A stretch of DNA of 64,000 bases from Nibricoccus sp. (GTDB lineage: Bacteria > Verrucomicrobiota > Verrucomicrobiia > Opitutales > Opitutaceae). The DNA lies in NCBI GenBank assembly GCA_047602425.1, contig JASGHG010000001.1:3072001-3136000 (forward strand), given 5' to 3'. This document shows positions 60,801-64,000 of this stretch, one piece after another. The notes below the pieces were generated by a model, which was not told the DNA's origin, searched no databases, and worked only from the letters and a program-made list of their open reading frames with translations. The stretch's first letter is position 1, and every line of letters starts with the position of its first letter. A program made the translations under genes and the position numbers.

Positions 60801-61816
60801 GTTACGGCGGCACCGGCCTTGGCCTTACGATCTGCCGCAAATTGATCGAATTGATGGGCGGCCGCATCTGGGTTGAGAGCGAGGTTGGCAAAGGAAGTCG
60901 TTTCCATTTTTCCATTGGACTTGCGCGGCCGGAATCCGCCGTGGCCGATCTTCCTCCGGCCGAAACTGGCGGCGTGGCGGGTTGGTCCATTCTGGTGGTT
61001 GAAACCAACCGTACGGTGGCGGCCGTAATCGCAGACATGGCGCGCCAACGGCAAATGCGGCCGGTCGTCGCACCGAGTGCCGCAGCCGGTTTGGGCTTGG
61101 TGCAGCAAATGCGTTCGGAAGCGGAACCGGCTTTCGATCTCGTAATGGTCGAGGAGCGCATGCCGGAAATGAACGCCTTCGCGATGATGCATGCTTTGCG
61201 TCTTGTGCCTGGTTATGAAAAGACGCCGGTCATTCTCCTTTCCACGCCCGATCATCAAGTCGACCTTCGCCGCTGCCGCGAGTACGGCATCGAGCACTTC
61301 CTGAAAAAACCGGTCCGACGCACGCGTTTCAACGAATGTCTGCGCGCCCTTTGCGAACAGAAGGCGGGCACTCGTTCGCCATTTGTTCCAGAACCGGTCT
61401 CTTCGCACGCCCGTCGTTTGCGCATCCTCGTCGCGGAGGACATGCCGGTGAACCAGACTGTGACCAGCAAGATCCTGGAAAAGCAGGGCCATCGGGTCGA
61501 GGTCGCGCCCGACGGTGTGACCGCGCTGGAAATGTATCAGAAGAACAAATACGACATGATCCTGATGGACGTGCAGATGCCACGCATGGACGGCTACGAG
61601 GCCACCCGCCGCATCCGTTCGATCGAGATCAAGGGCGATCATCATACTTTGATCGTTGCACTCACCGCGCACGCGATGAAGGGCGATGCGGACAAGTGCC
61701 ACATGGCCGGCATGGACGCCTATCTGTGCAAACCGCTGCGGTCGCAGGAGCTTTTTGCCCTGATCGAACAACGCTTTCCTTCGCCGGATACAGACAACTT
61801 CGTGCTGAATTCTTAA
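57803..61816 (+). CDS. Hybrid sensor histidine kinase: beta-propeller (Reg_prop) / Y_Y_Y sensor, HisKA, HATPase, two receiver domains
   Basis: Repeated [46 protein letters not shown]. Confidence 0.93.
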   Translation: MPVKGSHPNPRWLPRRLLLAMFWLLGWLSAYGLDPTRNPSQYRFDEWSRIDGLPYPAIHELYQSADGFLWIGTSSGAARFDGMSFNVFTKATVPEMIDDEVHAFCEDREGRLWMGTGRGVLWYREGRWSRPFMGNEIDDHAVHAFWPETDGSILIALSDKIYRYSEGQAEQLRLSGDPVLSKITALSRGTNGELRIFGENFVRVQGDQAKVISQEDGLVFNEIRASGQDDNGVFWLGSSRGLQSVQKDGSLAPFAPQRGPSINAVRSLLVDHEQNLWIGTPNGLYRYTRGSVEPVIVRGGEPLNHVLSLFEDREGNIWGGTDTGLFRLKDVNVTSFTRQEGLQSNSILCVMQSRDGSKWVGTWGGGLTHITDEGRVTFNRANGLVEDAISGVVEDDQGGLWICWYSEGISLLKNGKFTHYRSREGLNERVCGAGMDESGAMWVATLHGVRRLVNGAFVEVSIPGIQIPGALMTDSRKRIWIAGRSGVGYMEKGRWSLIASEPDVAKQKMPRQIIEGADGDYWILRDALEIQRIRKGKVETFTLPSVLGKLTYGGVIHNGEIWITYRNGIFRAALNEFDEVAAGEKELIEYVLYNEADGMRSPAPNIPGVPSACVTRDGSLWFSTSKGIAIIHPGHIRRNTVAPNVVIHQVTVDKVEQPLTTLRNLPPCDGELAFYFTALSLTDPTQNRYKYRLFGYDKRWVEAGTRREAHYGSVPPGRYRFQVIACNNEGVWNPRGTECEIVIAPHSYQTWWFRALLIGLGLLLFSAVLFWRTRTLRGRERELRRLVEARTQDLKQAVAAAEAAKEAAEAASRAKSEFVANMSHEIRTPMNGVIGMTELALGLSTDPEQRMYLKTLVSSSEALLTVINDILDFSKIESGKLTIDPIAFNFQDCVEGAVEAIAVQAARKNLELVCDIDSQTPAVLVGDAVRIRQVVLNLLSNALKFTESGEIVVRARMENQTSGFARMHVCVSDTGIGIPVDRQEAIFSAFVQADNSTTRRYGGTGLGLTICRKLIELMGGRIWVESEVGKGSRFHFSIGLARPESAVADLPPAETGGVAGWSILVVETNRTVAAVIADMARQRQMRPVVAPSAAAGLGLVQQMRSEAEPAFDLVMVEERMPEMNAFAMMHALRLVPGYEKTPVILLSTPDHQVDLRRCREYGIEHFLKKPVRRTRFNECLRALCEQKAGTRSPFVPEPVSSHARRLRILVAEDMPVNQTVTSKILEKQGHRVEVAPDGVTALEMYQKNKYDMILMDVQMPRMDGYEATRRIRSIEIKGDHHTLIVALTAHAMKGDADKCHMAGMDAYLCKPLRSQELFALIEQRFPSPDTDNFVLNS

Positions 61817-61857
61817 GTGGAAAGGCGCCGGGAAAGCCAGTGGGGACGCCGCGTGAT

Positions 61858-62220
61858 TTATACCGGCCAATAAGTCCCGCAGTCGCGTCGGCCCGCAATG
61901 CTCGGAAGGTAGAGGTAACCTTCGACCATTGAGACGTTGTTAGGTGGTTGCAGCCGGATCGGTACGCGTTTGTAGAGGCCTTCGTCGAGGCCTTCCAAGC
62001 GATCAAGTTTGGCGAGACAGTCTGCATCGACGGCCCAAATTTCGCCTTCAATCGGATTTCCGTTCGTTGGGACGTCGACCATGCCGGGATAGGCGCCGAT
62101 TGAGTAGAGCTTATAGAGTGGTTCGGTTTTGGCGATGGCAATAAACTGTTGTCCGGCCATCAGATGATGGTTGCTCCCGCCGTGTTTGAGCGTGCCGTAA
62201 ACGAAAACTTGATGCTTCAT
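61858..62220 (-). CDS. Gamma-glutamylcyclotransferase (AIG2-like/GGACT) family protein
   Basis: VFVYGTLKHG..NH, YPGM, IEGEIW, LDRLEG...YKR. Start at ATG 62220. Confidence 0.88.
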   Translation of the reverse strand: MKHQVFVYGTLKHGGSNHHLMAGQQFIAIAKTEPLYKLYSIGAYPGMVDVPTNGNPIEGEIWAVDADCLAKLDRLEGLDEGLYKRVPIRLQPPNNVSMVEGYLYLPSIAGRRDCGTYWPV

Positions 62221-62267
62221 GAAGAAAAGAACGGAAGCGAAGAGCCAGAGCACGAACCGTGCGAAAA

Positions 62268-63146
62268 TCAGATCGGAGAAGCGGAGGGGAGCGCGAGCAC
62301 TTCGACAATCACGGCCGTGGTATTGTCCCGGCCGGATTCCTGAACCGATTCCTCGACAATTGTGCGGGCGAGATCGTGGATCGAAGTATTGGAGCGCAGG
62401 ATTTCTTCGATCCGCCGATCCCAGAGTCCATCAGTCAGGCCGTCGCTACAGATCAAGAAGCGGTCGCCGGGCTGGGTGCCGACGGCGCCGACGTGGGGGT
62501 CGATGATCTGATTGCCTGCCCCTAGGGCTTGGTTCAGGGAGTTGCGTTGAGGGTGGGCGCGGGCCTCGCGTTCGTTGATCCGGCCCTTGCGCCGCAGCCA
62601 GCCCACATGGGTGTGGTCATGGGTGATTTGGGAAAAGCCGCCGATTTTGGGCAGGTAGTAGATGCGGCTGTCGCCGATGTGCCCGAAATACATCCAGCCG
62701 GGCGTGAACCAACAAAGACTGAGCGTGGCGCCCATGCCGGCGCATTCCTCGTAGCTGCGGTCGAGCTGAATCATCTCCTGGTGAATCGCGGAAAAAACTT
62801 CGGGAAGAATATCGGCGAAGTCGCTGTTGCCGCCCTGCGCTCCCATACGGAAACTGCGCGGAAGGAGGCGCGTGATTTTCTCCACTGCGATCTTGCTCGC
62901 AAATTCGCCGGAATTCGCGCCGCCCATGCCATCGCTCACGGCGAAGACAAAGTCCATGTTGGCCAGGGGAGCTTCGCCGATTTTTCCGAGGTAGTTGACG
63001 TGGTGTCCGTCGAAGGTGAGGGCGAGAAACGAGTCCTCGTTGTTGGCGCGGACACGACCGCGATGGGTCATGCCGGACCAAACGAGTTGACAGGGAAAAG
63101 GAGGCTGGCTGGGTACGGGGGCTTGCATGCTGGAGGAAAGAATCAC
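62268..63146 (-). CDS. PP2C-family Ser/Thr protein phosphatase
   Basis: GRVRANNED, VSDGMGG, GMGATL, HIGDSR, LICSDGL, GRDNTT. Confidence 0.93.
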   Translation of the reverse strand: MILSSSMQAPVPSQPPFPCQLVWSGMTHRGRVRANNEDSFLALTFDGHHVNYLGKIGEAPLANMDFVFAVSDGMGGANSGEFASKIAVEKITRLLPRSFRMGAQGGNSDFADILPEVFSAIHQEMIQLDRSYEECAGMGATLSLCWFTPGWMYFGHIGDSRIYYLPKIGGFSQITHDHTHVGWLRRKGRINEREARAHPQRNSLNQALGAGNQIIDPHVGAVGTQPGDRFLICSDGLTDGLWDRRIEEILRSNTSIHDLARTIVEESVQESGRDNTTAVIVEVLALPSASPI

Positions 63147-63556
63147 TGCGCGGCGGAAGGCTTGAGCGAGGGCTGACCGGGCTCATCGAGGAGCGTGGCG
63201 AATTCGAAATCGATCAGACAGAAACGCCCGTCGGAGATCCGGTAGGTGACGTTGCGCAAAAAAGGGTCTTCGTGACGAACACCGTAGCTTTCGAGTTCGG
63301 TGTAGAGCTCTTTCATGCGTTCCTCGCTGAGGTGATCCACCCGCGTGCCGCAATTGGTGGTAACGATCTTAAGGATTTCGGGGTCGGTGCTGAGGATCTT
63401 TGGAACGAAATCGCAACCGCGGTTTTCAAGGTAGCGCAGAACTCGGATCTCATGCTCAAAACGCTCTTTGGCGAGGTGTCCTTTGAAGATTTTGTGCACC
63501 AAGCCATCGTAGCCAATCCGGACGAGGGCGCGTGGCGTATCTTTGACTTGTTGCAT
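63143..63556 (-). CDS. Minimal protein-kinase-like protein (137 aa)
   Basis: VHK (beta3 Lys), ERFEHE (alphaC Glu), RHEDPFLRNV (HxDx4N), LIDFEFA (DFx). Confidence 0.75.
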   Translation of the reverse strand: MQQVKDTPRALVRIGYDGLVHKIFKGHLAKERFEHEIRVLRYLENRGCDFVPKILSTDPEILKIVTTNCGTRVDHLSEERMKELYTELESYGVRHEDPFLRNVTYRISDGRFCLIDFEFATLLDEPGQPSLKPSAAQ

Positions 63557-63678
63557 GGTAAAAAAGTGAGCGATTTTGAGCGGCAAGCCCAGCGGCAACC
63601 TCACAAGACTGGCCAAAAATTGGCAAGAATGAGCGATTCAGCGCGAAATTTGGTATGAATTATATTTCTAGATCGCGC

Positions 63679-63694
63679 TGGCACATCCCTTGCT
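63679..63694 (+). promoter_or_regulatory. Sigma54 (-24/-12) promoter upstream of glutamine synthetase
   Basis: TGGCAC-ATCCC-TTGCT matches the TGGCAC-N5-TTGCW consensus exactly. Confidence 0.85.
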
Positions 63695-63782
63695 AATGCT
63701 ATGCGCAGTTTTCATGAGAGACCGCTCCGAATAAATATTTCTCGCGGTCACCCACGCAAACCCTCTACTCAACCACCCTCTT

Positions 63783-64000
63783 ATGGCCAAATACAAACTG
63801 GAATACATCTGGCTCGACGGTTACCAACCTGTGGCAAACCTTCGCAGCAAAACTCAGATCAAGGAATTCGCCAGCTTCCCGAAGCTCGAAGACCTCCCCG
63901 CTTGGGGTTTTGACGGAAGCTCGACCCGTCAAGCTGAAGGCAAGAGCTCGGACATCGTTCTGAAGCCTGTCGCCGTCTTCCCGGACAGCACCCGGAAGAA
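63783..64000 (+). CDS. glnII: Glutamine synthetase type II, N-terminal part (runs off the window)
   Basis: Translated by hand (absent from the ORF track): MAKYKLEYIWLDGYQPVANLRSKTQIK...WGFDGSSTRQAEGKSSD. Confidence 0.9.
   Translation, partial: MAKYKLEYIWLDGYQPVANLRSKTQIKEFASFPKLEDLPAWGFDGSSTRQAEGKSSDIVLKPVAVFPDSTRK

Noticed and set aside
63701..63913. 70-aa ORF near the window end
   Set aside because: Out of frame with glnII, which starts at 63783.

Overview
Bacterial chromosomal window of mostly housekeeping genes. The origin is inferred to be Verrucomicrobiota/Opitutaceae-like, from the long 'SPFEV'-type TonB-dependent receptor, TMTC-like TPR proteins and type II glutamine synthetase. It carries prlC, tamB-tamA, tyrS, acnA, thpR, gmhA, an iscS-like gene with recF and tauE, tRNA-Arg(TCT), gap-pgk-tpiA, an O-antigen-ligase/FecR/CHASE2-cyclase trio, amn, lipB-lipA split by a TMTC-like gene, rlmF, yjjP/yjjB-like exporter genes, a beta-propeller hybrid kinase and the start of glnII. 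No CRISPR array, prophage or intact transposase was seen. Two candidate undescribed systems stand out. (1) 46.9-56.1 kb: two convergent operons (amidohydrolase-acyltransferase-sphingomyelin-synthase-like PAP2, and MarR-4TM protein-B12 radical SAM-Aas-lipoprotein hydrolase) whose promoters carry the same tandem TTGA-N4-TCAA operator with a 20-bp period, suggesting one MarR-controlled lipid-modification regulon. (2) 61.9-64 kb: a 137-aa minimal kinase, a PP2C phosphatase and a gamma-glutamylcyclotransferase, divergent from a sigma54-driven glnII. Small palindromic elements (REP doublet, MITE-like element, 22-bp inverted pair, heptamer repeats) and a probable CTG start for rlmF are also noted. 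All calls come from motif recognition by eye; no database searches were run.
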